Shown piece after piece: positions 10,116 to 19,522 of a stretch of DNA of 64,000 bases. The notes below the pieces were generated by a model that searched no databases, was not told where the DNA came from, and saw only the letters and a list, made by a program, of their open reading frames with translations. The number at the start of each line of letters is the position of its first letter. Position 1 is the stretch's first letter. This stretch comes from Nitrospira sp. (lineage in GTDB: Bacteria; Nitrospirota; Nitrospiria; Nitrospirales; Nitrospiraceae): contig AP038806.1 of assembly GCA_047150005.1 (NCBI GenBank), positions 768,001-832,000 on the forward strand. The letters are read 5' to 3'. The position numbers were made by a program, and so were the translations under genes.

Positions 10116-11387
10116 TTACAATGCGAGCCGCTCGGCAGCCGCAACCGGATGAATCTCACTCGACCGAAGATTTACCAGGATTCCGCTGCCCGACGTACGC
10201 ACAGGCTGCTCTCGAATCGCCACGGAACTGATCGAGACGTGACCGATTCCTTCAACATAGTAAAAAGGCCGCTCATAGCTGGATAGACCCACAGCAAATT
10301 GGATCTCGCATGCTGCGAACGGCAAATCACACTCAAATTCCGCACAATATCGGCCAGGGGTCAGATCCTTTGGCGTCGACCAATAGGTGATTAGGGGAAC
10401 GGCTTCCAACGACATGAGGCCAACCGCTGCAATGACGTGAGGAACCGACCGTGACAAGGAGAATTCCAGATTGATGCGCCAGGGCTCTCCGACCCGAAAC
10501 TGCGCTTGCGGGCTCCCTATCTCCGTTGAGAAGGTCAATCTGCGTCCGGAACCAGGGTCATGAGGAGAAGACGGAGGCAATACTACCGTCGTGGTCAATT
10601 CAGCGGAATTCCTTGAAAGGTAGTGACCGATTACTTCTTCGGTTTCGCCGATCTTCTCGAGTTTCCCTGAATTCAGCAACAGAGTTCGATTACAGAGGGT
10701 TCGCACAGCCGCGAGATTGTGACTGACAAAAATGACAGTCCTTCCCTCTTTGACAACCATCCCCATTTTCCCCAAACACTTTCGCTGAAAGGCCACGTCA
10801 CCTACCGCAAGCACTTCGTCAAGCAGAAGGATTTCCGGATCAAGATGCGCGGCAACAGCGAAAGCCAATCGTACATGCATCCCGCTCGAATAAAACTTCA
10901 CTGGCGTATCGATGAACCGTTCTACCTCCGCAAACGCGACGATTTCGTCGAAACGCCTCGCGATCTCCGCCTTGGGTATTCCCAAAATCGCGCCATTGAG
11001 GTACACATTTTCGCGTCCGCTCAAGTCCGGATGAAATCCGGTTCCGACCTCAAGTAGAGATCCCACGCGCCCGTCGATATCGGCCCGCCCCACGGTCGGC
11101 TCGGTGATCCCGGACAGAATTTTCAGCAACGTACTCTTGCCCGATCCATTCCGGCCGATTACGCCCAAGACCTCTCCCCGGTCTACGTGAAAGGAAACAT
11201 CACGCAGTGCCCACAGTGTTGACGCCCGCCTGTCGCCTGGCTCGCGCGTATCCTGTCGTAACAGGTTTCTCAGCCGTCCCAACCAACGCCTCGCAATCGG
11301 CCGGGACAGGTTGGCATCCTGGTTCCCTACCAACGAAACTTCAAATTCTTTGCCCAATCCTTCGACTTCAATCACGGGGGTAGCCAT
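10116..11387 (-). CDS. wzt: Polysaccharide ABC transporter ATP-binding protein with C-terminal Wzt_C-like extension
   Basis: GRNGSGKS Walker A, YSSGM signature, LLLDEVLAVGD; start MATPVIEV directly after wzm. Confidence 0.9.
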   Translation of the reverse strand: MATPVIEVEGLGKEFEVSLVGNQDANLSRPIARRWLGRLRNLLRQDTREPGDRRASTLWALRDVSFHVDRGEVLGVIGRNGSGKSTLLKILSGITEPTVGRADIDGRVGSLLEVGTGFHPDLSGRENVYLNGAILGIPKAEIARRFDEIVAFAEVERFIDTPVKFYSSGMHVRLAFAVAAHLDPEILLLDEVLAVGDVAFQRKCLGKMGMVVKEGRTVIFVSHNLAAVRTLCNRTLLLNSGKLEKIGETEEVIGHYLSRNSAELTTTVVLPPSSPHDPGSGRRLTFSTEIGSPQAQFRVGEPWRINLEFSLSRSVPHVIAAVGLMSLEAVPLITYWSTPKDLTPGRYCAEFECDLPFAACEIQFAVGLSSYERPFYYVEGIGHVSISSVAIREQPVRTSGSGILVNLRSSEIHPVAAAERLAL

Positions 11388-11389
11388 CT

Positions 11390-12238
11390 TTAGACCATGT
11401 CCGCGAGTGTTCGTTCTCTTTGACGGAAAACCGCTAGCCCGGAGAAGAAGAGCGCCCCAGTGAGCACGACCGACAGGCAAAGCATAGGAGGAGATACTGC
11501 CTGATCGCCGGTCAGGGCCCATCGAAATCCCTCCACAACCCCGGCCATGGGATTGAGGGCGTACAGTAGGCGCCACTGCTCCGGCACCAGGTTTGTCGAA
11601 TACACGACCGGCGTGACAAACATGCCAATTTGAATACAGAACGGGAGTGCATACCGCAGGTCTCGATGCCGGACGCTCAGCGCAGAGACCCACAGTCCGA
11701 TTCCCAACCCTGCGGCCAGCGTGATCAAGACCAGAATAGGCAATATGACAACGGCTCCCGTGGGAACGGTTTCGTAGTAGATCAACATTCCCAGCAGACA
11801 CAGTGATGCGATCAGAAAATCCGAGAGGCTGGCGGCTATCGAAGAAACTGGAAGAACGATGCGCGGGAAAGCCACCTTGGAGAGCAGATGTTGATTGGCG
11901 ACGAGACTCGCGCTGGAGGAATTCGCCGTCGACGCGAACAACTGCCAGGGCAACAAGGCAACGTATGCAAAGAGGGGATAGGGGGTTCCAGAAGACGGGA
12001 CCTTTGCGAGCCAGCCAAAAAGAACGGTGAATACGACCATGGTCAGCAGAGGTTGGATGATCGCCCATATCGCCCCGAGAGCCATCTGTCTGTATCGAAC
12101 TGTTAGGTCTCGCCGCATCATGAAATACAACAACTCCCGCTGCTTCCACAGGTCCATAAGATTTAACGGGGCCATTCCACTCGTGGGTCTGATTCGTCGT
12201 ACGGTACTCACGGAGGTTCCCGGATGGTAGAAATCCAT
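11390..12238 (-). CDS. wzm: Polysaccharide ABC transporter permease
   Basis: RDLTVRYRQ..LGAIWAIIQPL, TPVVY, LNPM; multiple hydrophobic segments. Confidence 0.9.
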   Translation of the reverse strand: MDFYHPGTSVSTVRRIRPTSGMAPLNLMDLWKQRELLYFMMRRDLTVRYRQMALGAIWAIIQPLLTMVVFTVLFGWLAKVPSSGTPYPLFAYVALLPWQLFASTANSSSASLVANQHLLSKVAFPRIVLPVSSIAASLSDFLIASLCLLGMLIYYETVPTGAVVILPILVLITLAAGLGIGLWVSALSVRHRDLRYALPFCIQIGMFVTPVVYSTNLVPEQWRLLYALNPMAGVVEGFRWALTGDQAVSPPMLCLSVVLTGALFFSGLAVFRQRERTLADMV

Positions 12239-12283
12239 CTCTATTTATTCTCTTTCAGAGTGCACCATGTCGCCGTGCTCATA

Positions 12284-13462
12284 TCATCTTCCTTTGCGTC
12301 GAAGACGGGAAAACAAGCGATCAAATCTGTGTTGCCAAGTATGGTCTCTCATGACCCGTTTCTGACCGGCTTCGCGGATTCGATCCGATGGTCGTTCGTT
12401 CCGGGAATAGAACAACGCTTTCTCGACAAAATCGTCCGGCTCAGACCATGTGATGATTTCCTCTCCCAGCTTGTAGTACTGCGCGTGATCGGGAGCTTCT
12501 TGCACAAGATAGAACCCCCCTGCCATCGGGACCTCGAAATCCCGAAGCCTGCACTGCAAGTTTCGAGACCGACATACACTCATTTCACTATGCCATCCGG
12601 TGTCTGAAAAGCCCAGATTTACCTGGCTTTGATTGAAGATATCCGGAAGGGATGCATCATCGGATGGACCACGCAGGTCTGCACCTTGCAACTCCTGGAA
12701 CGGATACCTCCTGGCGTGCTTTCGTCGGAGTGGTCCCAGCAGACTCTCGACTCCCTCAGCCTTCCATCGCGGAAGTCCGTAGTAACGTAGATCATGAAGC
12801 ACCTTGTACCCATCCCACGCAAAGCGATATGGACTGGGGGCTTCCGATTTCCATCCTCGTCCAAACACAACCGGCTTGATCCCCTTGATTACGCATTGAG
12901 CAAGTAAGGCTCGACGGAACGGGTTGAAGCTCCCAGTAAAAGTCACTTCGTATTCACGATGAGCCAACGGTGCCACTCTCCGAAAATAGAAATCTGGATT
13001 GGCTGCCATCGGCATCCACTCGATATGAGGATTGTAGGGACGCAAATGCTCAACGTTGGTCAATTGGGCAACAGCCAAAAGATCAAAATAGGGGGCTGTG
13101 CGGATGACTCGATACCACTGAAATGCCATATCCACGTGGTAATTGACCATCGGTACTCTCAAGTCACGAAGCTGCCGCGCCGTTTCAACCAGCAGGAAAT
13201 CGTCATAAACGACGCAAAAGATCAGATCCAGCTTACCCGTTGCCTTAAGACTGCGCGCGAGTCCGAGCAACTGGCGGTTTAACTCATTCCGCTTTTCTCT
13301 CCATGGCTTGGACCCCAATTGGCCCATACCGCCAGGGTAGGTGAAGACTTGCAGTTCGTCGCAATAGTGCTGACGTAGAGTCTCGAGGAGATTGATCTCC
13401 ATCCAGCGATCTGGCGGCAGTATCGCAAGGACCCTCATCCTTGAGTATTCCTGGGTTGGCAA
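12284..13462 (-). CDS. CgeB-like glycosyltransferase
   Basis: PMAANP, RDFEVPMAGGFYL, DHTWQHRF. Confidence 0.8.
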   Translation of the reverse strand: MPTQEYSRMRVLAILPPDRWMEINLLETLRQHYCDELQVFTYPGGMGQLGSKPWREKRNELNRQLLGLARSLKATGKLDLIFCVVYDDFLLVETARQLRDLRVPMVNYHVDMAFQWYRVIRTAPYFDLLAVAQLTNVEHLRPYNPHIEWMPMAANPDFYFRRVAPLAHREYEVTFTGSFNPFRRALLAQCVIKGIKPVVFGRGWKSEAPSPYRFAWDGYKVLHDLRYYGLPRWKAEGVESLLGPLRRKHARRYPFQELQGADLRGPSDDASLPDIFNQSQVNLGFSDTGWHSEMSVCRSRNLQCRLRDFEVPMAGGFYLVQEAPDHAQYYKLGEEIITWSEPDDFVEKALFYSRNERPSDRIREAGQKRVMRDHTWQHRFDRLFSRLRRKGR

Positions 13463-13468
13463 TCGTAG

Positions 13469-14233
13469 CTAGAAGTCGCGCCGCTGGAAGATCAGGCAGG
13501 CGCCAGTGAGCAACAGCGCAGCATACAGTAATCCATAGGCTGTCGAAGCGGCCTGAAAGGCGGCCTCAACAGGAATACCATTCGCGGCTTGCCCCTTGAC
13601 GTTCAAGGCCTCAAGATCGGGCAGTATATAGTACAGGGCGGTCATCATGCTTTCGGCCACTGGGATTTGGCTCTTCTCTGCGATCCCCTTCAGGTCGCTC
13701 GTCAGATGCCCAATGATGTAAAGGCCTATCGTCATCGTGGCACTAAGAACAGAAGAGCTGAAGGTTGAGAAGAACATGGCTATGGCCATGACAAGCAACG
13801 TTTCCACCAGGATGAGTTCAACCGCCTGAAATAGTGATGCATGGATCGTGTTGCCCGTAAGCCAGATGGTCGCCAGGAACATGACAAACATGATCGTGAC
13901 GTTGGCAACCACAATGAATCCAAGACCAATGTATTTGCCCAGCACAAATTGGACTCTGGTTATCGGCCTCGAAAGAATCGTGTACACAGTGCGGCGTTCA
14001 ATTTCTTTCGTCACGAGGCCGATTCCGACGAAGATCGCGATGACGACTGAAACCACATTGATGGCGGCCAAACCAAGATCATTGACAATGCGGGCTTGTT
14101 CTCCGATCGTGAGTGTTCCCAACAGAACCGACGTGCCGATGAGGAGAAGCGCAAACAGCACTAGATTGTATAGAATCTTGTCCCGCACCGTTTCTCGGAA
14201 CGTATTTCCCGCGACAACCATCAGGCTCCACAT
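13469..14233 (-). CDS. ABC transporter permease (PilI-like)
   Basis: NTFRETVRDKILY, KEIERRTVYTILSRPI, C-terminal FQRRDF; downstream of pilin. Confidence 0.8.
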   Translation of the reverse strand: MWSLMVVAGNTFRETVRDKILYNLVLFALLLIGTSVLLGTLTIGEQARIVNDLGLAAINVVSVVIAIFVGIGLVTKEIERRTVYTILSRPITRVQFVLGKYIGLGFIVVANVTIMFVMFLATIWLTGNTIHASLFQAVELILVETLLVMAIAMFFSTFSSSVLSATMTIGLYIIGHLTSDLKGIAEKSQIPVAESMMTALYYILPDLEALNVKGQAANGIPVEAAFQAASTAYGLLYAALLLTGACLIFQRRDF

Positions 14234-14234
14234 C

Positions 14235-15167
14235 TCACACCTTTCGACCGGTCTGTTCGAGGAAGAGCTCCTCCAGCGAACCTTTGTGCGGGATGACAGA
14301 GACGAGCTTTCCACCCGCACGGCGAAGTATGGCGAGCAACTCTTCGAGATGCTCTTGCCCCGGAATGATCATGAGGCACCGCTCTCCCCGCTGTAAGATG
14401 CGGGTCGCCAGCCGTTTCACGTCCGGAAGGTCATCGCCAACCACCCCAATGCAGACGACCTCGACAGACTGCGCCAGATGTGCGCTCACAAGATCTTCAA
14501 TGCGACCCAGTGCCAGCACCCTGCCTTTTGCCAGAATGCCGACGCGGTCACATATCATCTCGACATCGGAAATAATGTGTGTGCTGAAGAACACCGTCTT
14601 GCCTTGATCGCGAAGACCGAGGATAAGATCTCGAACTTCCTTGCGACCAATGGGATCAAGGCCCGACATCGGCTCGTCAAGAATCACGAGCTCCGGATCA
14701 TGTATGAGAGCCTGAGCGAGGCCGATTCGTTGCAGCATTCCCTTGGAGAACTTCCGCAAGGGTCTGTTCCGGGCTTCCGTTAGGCTCACCCGCTCCAACA
14801 ACTGAGGGATGTGCTTCTGCACGGCTTCACGGGGCATTCCTGCGAGCCTCCCGTAGAAACGGAGAAATTCCTCTCCTGTCAGATAATCATAGAAATACGG
14901 TGATTCAGGGAGATACCCGATGCGTGCATGCACCGCCACATTGTCGGGAGAATCACCAAGGACCTCGACCTGGCCGCTCGTGGCCTTGATCAGGCCCAGC
15001 AGGATTTTCATGGTGGTGGTTTTGCCCGCGCCGTTGTGACCCACAAACCCAAAAATTTCCCCTTGCCCGACTGCAAGTGAGACGTCGGAAAGGACGGTGG
15101 CTTGATTCTCCCAAGGCCATGCCGGCTTATACGTTTTCGTGAGTCGATCGACGACTATCGCGTCCAT
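14235..15167 (-). CDS. ABC transporter ATP-binding protein (PilH-like)
   Basis: [24 protein letters not shown]. Confidence 0.88.
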   Translation of the reverse strand: MDAIVVDRLTKTYKPAWPWENQATVLSDVSLAVGQGEIFGFVGHNGAGKTTTMKILLGLIKATSGQVEVLGDSPDNVAVHARIGYLPESPYFYDYLTGEEFLRFYGRLAGMPREAVQKHIPQLLERVSLTEARNRPLRKFSKGMLQRIGLAQALIHDPELVILDEPMSGLDPIGRKEVRDLILGLRDQGKTVFFSTHIISDVEMICDRVGILAKGRVLALGRIEDLVSAHLAQSVEVVCIGVVGDDLPDVKRLATRILQRGERCLMIIPGQEHLEELLAILRRAGGKLVSVIPHKGSLEELFLEQTGRKV

Positions 15168-15394
15168 TAGGCTTTACCTTGATGTATGCGGTCAACCTGT
15201 GAGTCTGCCGTCCCTGCTTGGGCCCGGCCTGAGACAAAGCGCCTTCATATAAGCGCTTACTGATCATAGCAATCACTTTCGAATGTGCAAGAGTTCTTGC
15301 TGAAAGCGCAGCCGAGAATCAGTCCCTATTGATCTGCTTATTGATTTATTGGTCCGACTCGCTGATCCCGGCCACGGTGGGCGTTCGTCAGCTA

Positions 15395-16279
15395 TTACTG
15401 GAACTGACCACGCCTGCGGACGGCGATTCGCATCCGCTCTTTCACTTCGCTGCTCCGGACACGCCCCGTCGCGGAATCATAGAGATACTGCCCACCGAAC
15501 GGTTCCCGCGGCAGTTCACTGAGCAAGCCGGATCCCACCAACAGTTCCAGCCGGTCGGCTCGATGCGAATGAATACTCTGATATTGACTGAGCGCTTGTT
15601 CCAATATATGCAGATCCCGTTCAACGATCGATTCTTTGAGCCGAATCTCCAGCAGCTTTCTCACATTCTCATCTGTCGTTTCCTCATAGATCTTTGCTAA
15701 CAGATCTACGGCCTGTTGAGGCGACTTGGCCGCCACAAACAACTTTGCAGCGAGGCGTGCGAGACCATCTGGAGCTCCAGGCAAACTGGCGGCCTTGGCC
15801 ATCGACTCAGCTGCCTTGGCATCATTTTCAAGTTCGAAGTAATAGTTAATTCCCAGCAGGAATGGCAGCTGCCATTCCTGAGGATTGTGTTGCATGCCTT
15901 TCTCGAGCAAGCGATTGCTTTCCTCAGGCATGACTACCAGGGTACAAAGCGCAAGACTTCCCGCTTCATAGGCGCGCACGAATTTTGGATCGAGCGTCGT
16001 GATTCTATCTACCGCGTGGTACAACCACTGCCCGGCGCTCTCGGAGAGTTTCCGTTGCCCCATCACCTGAATCACTTGGAGCCAAAGCAGGTCTGCAGCC
16101 ACCGCACGATATCCCAGTGAGGCCATCCGCAAGTATTCGCCGTCTGGGAGATGCATCAGTTGCTGAAGTTTGGGCGTCGCATTCAACCTAGAGTGCACCG
16201 GCTGCTGGAGCAGCGCGATGAAAAGCGCCAGGAGTGCTCCGACCCCCCAGAGCGCGCGCTCAGATCCGACGGTATTCAT
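15395..16279 (-). CDS. Pilin-associated membrane/TPR-like protein (PilG-like of deltaproteobacterial pil clusters)
   Basis: N-terminal TM, ADLLWL, TLDPKF, EPFGGQY; located between pilin and ABC genes. Confidence 0.6.
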   Translation of the reverse strand: MNTVGSERALWGVGALLALFIALLQQPVHSRLNATPKLQQLMHLPDGEYLRMASLGYRAVAADLLWLQVIQVMGQRKLSESAGQWLYHAVDRITTLDPKFVRAYEAGSLALCTLVVMPEESNRLLEKGMQHNPQEWQLPFLLGINYYFELENDAKAAESMAKAASLPGAPDGLARLAAKLFVAAKSPQQAVDLLAKIYEETTDENVRKLLEIRLKESIVERDLHILEQALSQYQSIHSHRADRLELLVGSGLLSELPREPFGGQYLYDSATGRVRSSEVKERMRIAVRRRGQFQ

Positions 16280-18342
16280 CGTTCAGTCCACCGCGCCAAC
16301 GCGTTCCCGAGAGGAAAAGGATCAACATCTAGGAATTGGCGCTCAAGATCGCTCAACACCTTCCCATCATGCTTCTTCTTGGCAGCGAGGATTGCATTGA
16401 ATTGTGCTCGCGCATCCTCACTATTTCCACCACGAATCGACAGTTCTGCAAGACGCAGGCGGGCAGGCAGGAAATCCGGCTCGTATGCAACGGCTTGACG
16501 CAACCACGACCTGGCTTCCTCTTCTCTCCCTTGGGGCACCCGAATATTTGCCAATTCGAGGTAGCTCAATGGAGAGTAGGGATCGGCCTGGATGGCCTTC
16601 TCGTATACTTGCGCGGCCTCATTCAGCAGGAGGGCGCGTTCTTCCTCTGACACACTCTGCTTTGCAAGCACGCCGTATATCGTTCCCAGCCTATACGGGA
16701 AGCGCCCGTCCAAGGGGTTCAACCTCATCGCAATCTTTTCCTCAACTACCGCGTTCACCAACAATTGTGGATTCCCAGATTGATGGAACAACTGGAATGA
16801 TGTTCGTGCCGCTGCGTCGTGATATCCCGATGTGGCGGGATCAATCAGCGATGCCGTCTCGTACCATTGCAGGGCCAGTTCATGCTTCCCGGCGTGAGCC
16901 TCTACTTCACCGCGTTGGCTCGCGTACCATCCTGCGGCAGGTTGAACGACAAGCACCGCAAGCAATCCACCGGAGAGCAGAAGAAGCGCTAACCGCAGGG
17001 GATGATACGAGAAGGGCACTCTCCACTCCGTCATGCGCGAGTCCTTGAAAGTCCGAAACGGAAAGACGAGGCCTCCGCACACAACCAGCAGCATGACCAA
17101 CGCCGGTTCATGGAATACCGAATCCACCAGACCATGAGAGAGTATGACGAGTGCTCCTCCAGTCGCTCCCACCACTAGGGCTCGCTCCCAGGGCTTCATG
17201 GTGCCGCGCAAGACGATTCTGACCTCTCTCACCCACATGGCAACCCCGATCAGAAAGATCACAATCCCCACCACTCCAAGCTCAACCGCGATTTGCAAGT
17301 ATTCGTTGTGCGCCGATTCAGCTCGTTTGCCATAGCGCACAATATTGCTTTCAATGGGAAATCGATATTGGAATGACACATACTTGTACATCCCCAAACC
17401 AAATCCCAAAGGTCTATCGATGATCCTTTGAACCGAGTTCTCCCAAATCTGGGCTCGACTGAAGGCGTACGGATCCTGTTTTGAGACGAGGCTCATCCGC
17501 TCCGTGAGGGGGTTTGGTATCATCACGCCGGCGATGAGACACAAGATGAGGATAAGCAGAGCGGCTTTACCGAACCGGTACCAGCCGATGAATGCGGCAA
17601 CAGCAACCAATGCTGTCAAGGCTCCCCTGGATTGCGCGAGCAAGAATGCAGCGAAGACTACAGCCCCAATAGCCCCAAGAAACGCTCTCCGCCATCCATT
17701 TATCTCGTTCGCTCCAACGAAGAACAGCAGCGCACAAACGAAAGACAGGACCACAACTTGATATGTCGCGAAGAAATTGGGATTGAAGAACGTTCCTTTC
17801 GCCCTCGGCTCGCCTAGCCAAAGGTACTGAACGATCCCGAACGCCCCCTCAAGCGCCCCGATTGTCATTACCACTGCAAGAACTTGCTCTGCCATCCGGC
17901 ATGTCCTCACGCCCTGAACGACCAAGCCAAACAAGATCACATAGCACAGGAGACTTATGAACCATTGCATGCTCGCAGTTTTGTATGGGGCCCACGACAC
18001 AGTCAGCCCAGACCATGCCAAGAACAAAACGAGAAGGGGGACTATTCGATTCCGCGGTAACCCAATCGAACCTTCCTTTAGCTGATGAACCATCCACAAA
18101 AGCGCCGCTCCCAAGAGGGAAAGTCGAATAATCATGAATGGTAAGTGAGTGGTCCCTCCGTCGATCAACGGTGAAAAGATAATGAGGCCACCCAGCAGTA
18201 TCGCGGACGCATTCCAGGACCGGAGATGCCGCTTCAAACGCGTGGTGATATCGCCATCAACCGACAGAAAAACAGGCAAGGAGATTTCGTTTGCCTCAGT
18301 GGTGAGAGCATTGCGTCTTTCCGAGCGTTCGATCATGGTCAT
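16276..18342 (-). CDS. O-antigen ligase family / candidate O-oligosaccharyltransferase with C-terminal TPRs
   Basis: GTFFNPNFFA, QSRGA, GFGLG, AHNEYLQ Wzy_C-type motifs; many TM helices; helical repeats at C-terminus. Confidence 0.82.
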   Translation of the reverse strand: MTMIERSERRNALTTEANEISLPVFLSVDGDITTRLKRHLRSWNASAILLGGLIIFSPLIDGGTTHLPFMIIRLSLLGAALLWMVHQLKEGSIGLPRNRIVPLLVLFLAWSGLTVSWAPYKTASMQWFISLLCYVILFGLVVQGVRTCRMAEQVLAVVMTIGALEGAFGIVQYLWLGEPRAKGTFFNPNFFATYQVVVLSFVCALLFFVGANEINGWRRAFLGAIGAVVFAAFLLAQSRGALTALVAVAAFIGWYRFGKAALLILILCLIAGVMIPNPLTERMSLVSKQDPYAFSRAQIWENSVQRIIDRPLGFGLGMYKYVSFQYRFPIESNIVRYGKRAESAHNEYLQIAVELGVVGIVIFLIGVAMWVREVRIVLRGTMKPWERALVVGATGGALVILSHGLVDSVFHEPALVMLLVVCGGLVFPFRTFKDSRMTEWRVPFSYHPLRLALLLLSGGLLAVLVVQPAAGWYASQRGEVEAHAGKHELALQWYETASLIDPATSGYHDAAARTSFQLFHQSGNPQLLVNAVVEEKIAMRLNPLDGRFPYRLGTIYGVLAKQSVSEEERALLLNEAAQVYEKAIQADPYSPLSYLELANIRVPQGREEEARSWLRQAVAYEPDFLPARLRLAELSIRGGNSEDARAQFNAILAAKKKHDGKVLSDLERQFLDVDPFPLGNALARWTER

Positions 18343-18476
18343 TGTAGAATCAACAAGTCCGGCATAGCCGGGACTTGCTTAAAGCACATTGCTGTCAACC
18401 CTGACAGGGCCCTGCTCAATAACAAGTCCAGAATTTCTCTTTCTTTCCTGTCTGTCAAGACATTGTAGAAACGGCA

Positions 18477-18512
18477 AGAGGGAGGAGAATCTTTCGAGAT
18501 TCCCCTCCCTCT
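18477..18512 (-). terminator. 16-bp stem hairpin downstream of pilA
   Basis: Minus-strand RNA AGAGGGAGGGGAAUCU-CGAA-AGAUUCUCCUCCCUCU with one G:U pair; weak U tract. Confidence 0.6.
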
Positions 18513-18553
18513 CACTGCAGCGGTGTCTTCAGTCACCGCCTTAGCCCGACGTC

Positions 18554-19078
18554 TTAGGTCGTCGCGGAGACGTCGTTCTTGTCGTTGGTCAAGGCCCTTT
18601 GGTCGTTCATATGCCATTCGTCGCAAGCCACGTCGCCATCGACATTGCCGATCGCCCCTGCCGTAAACCCGGTTGGGCTCGCCGCAACCGTCGCGTTAGT
18701 TGCAGGCGAAACTCCGGTATTACAGGATCCGGGGACCACCGCCGGCGCTCCTGGGAATAGAGTGGGGGTTCCCGGGCCAGGACCACCAGCAGTTGCGTCA
18801 ACCGCATACCAGAAAGAGTAACGCGGATTCCCTGACGGTGTGTAACCGATGGCGCCGATCACCGGCGGAGCATAGGTTTGCGGAGCTGTTTCAGCCTGAT
18901 AGGCTACAGCTGAAGTGAAGATCGCCCCGAGGGCAACCTTTGCCTCCGCCTGCTTCGACTTGGCCTGATACGCGATGAAGTTCGGGATCGCGATCGCCGC
19001 CAAGATTCCGATGATCGCCACAACGATCATCAACTCGATAAGGGTAAAACCCTTATGACTTTTCAACTGCTTACACAT
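18554..19078 (-). CDS. pilA: Type IVa major pilin
   Basis: KG|FTLIELMIVVAIIGILAAIAIP prepilin cleavage/methylation motif, GGAGGAG RBS, C-terminal Cys pair. Confidence 0.93.
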   Translation of the reverse strand: MCKQLKSHKGFTLIELMIVVAIIGILAAIAIPNFIAYQAKSKQAEAKVALGAIFTSAVAYQAETAPQTYAPPVIGAIGYTPSGNPRYSFWYAVDATAGGPGPGTPTLFPGAPAVVPGSCNTGVSPATNATVAASPTGFTAGAIGNVDGDVACDEWHMNDQRALTNDKNDVSATT

Positions 19079-19176
19079 TGCTGCTCCTCCTTGTTGATGG
19101 TTCACCGACTCCCCCATGAATGATGGGCTGCTGCATCCAGTCATCCTGTTTGTCATGCTGTCTGCACTCGTCCAAA

Positions 19177-19193
19177 TAGCAGGTTCGATGCCG
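19177..19193 (-). promoter_or_regulatory. Putative sigma-54 promoter of pilA
   Basis: Minus strand CGGCATCGAACCTGCTA, GG-N10-GC, about 100 bp upstream of pilA; pilA is sigma54-dependent in Pseudomonas and Myxococcus. Confidence 0.55.
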
Positions 19194-19522
19194 TGGGAGG
19201 AGCATCTTGGTTCGTCAAGAAGACTGCTGAATTGTCAATCTGTTATGAACTAATCTGCGGAACGACCCTGTCCCACCCGATGTACCCGCGTTTCCGAGAT
19301 TCGCTATCGCGTGCCAATAATTGTCTCGCCTATCTATTTCTTATTTCTAAAGCGCATATCGCCCACATGACAGATTGGAGGCGATAGAAGGAGCAGCCCT
19401 TGCGGAGCACCGCGTTATGGCAGAGGGGGTCCCCAGCCATTGACGAACTTGAGGTATTCAGTCAGCCTCAGGCCTTGAATCTAGAAATGAGACTTCGGGA
19501 GGAAGAGAAAAAGGACGGAATT

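Noticed and set aside
11388..12149. N-terminal extension of the 677-aa Wzt ORF
   Set aside because: It overlaps wzm in another frame; the plausible start is MATPVIEV at 11387.
18554..19078. Electrically conductive (e-pilin) type
   Set aside because: Aromatics occur at mature positions 1, 24, 27 and 50, but the pilin is long, lacks them at 32 and 57, and has long aromatic-free stretches.
19300..19317. Second sigma54-like site upstream of pilA (TGGCACGCGATAGC)
   Set aside because: GG-to-GC spacing is 9 rather than the required 10.
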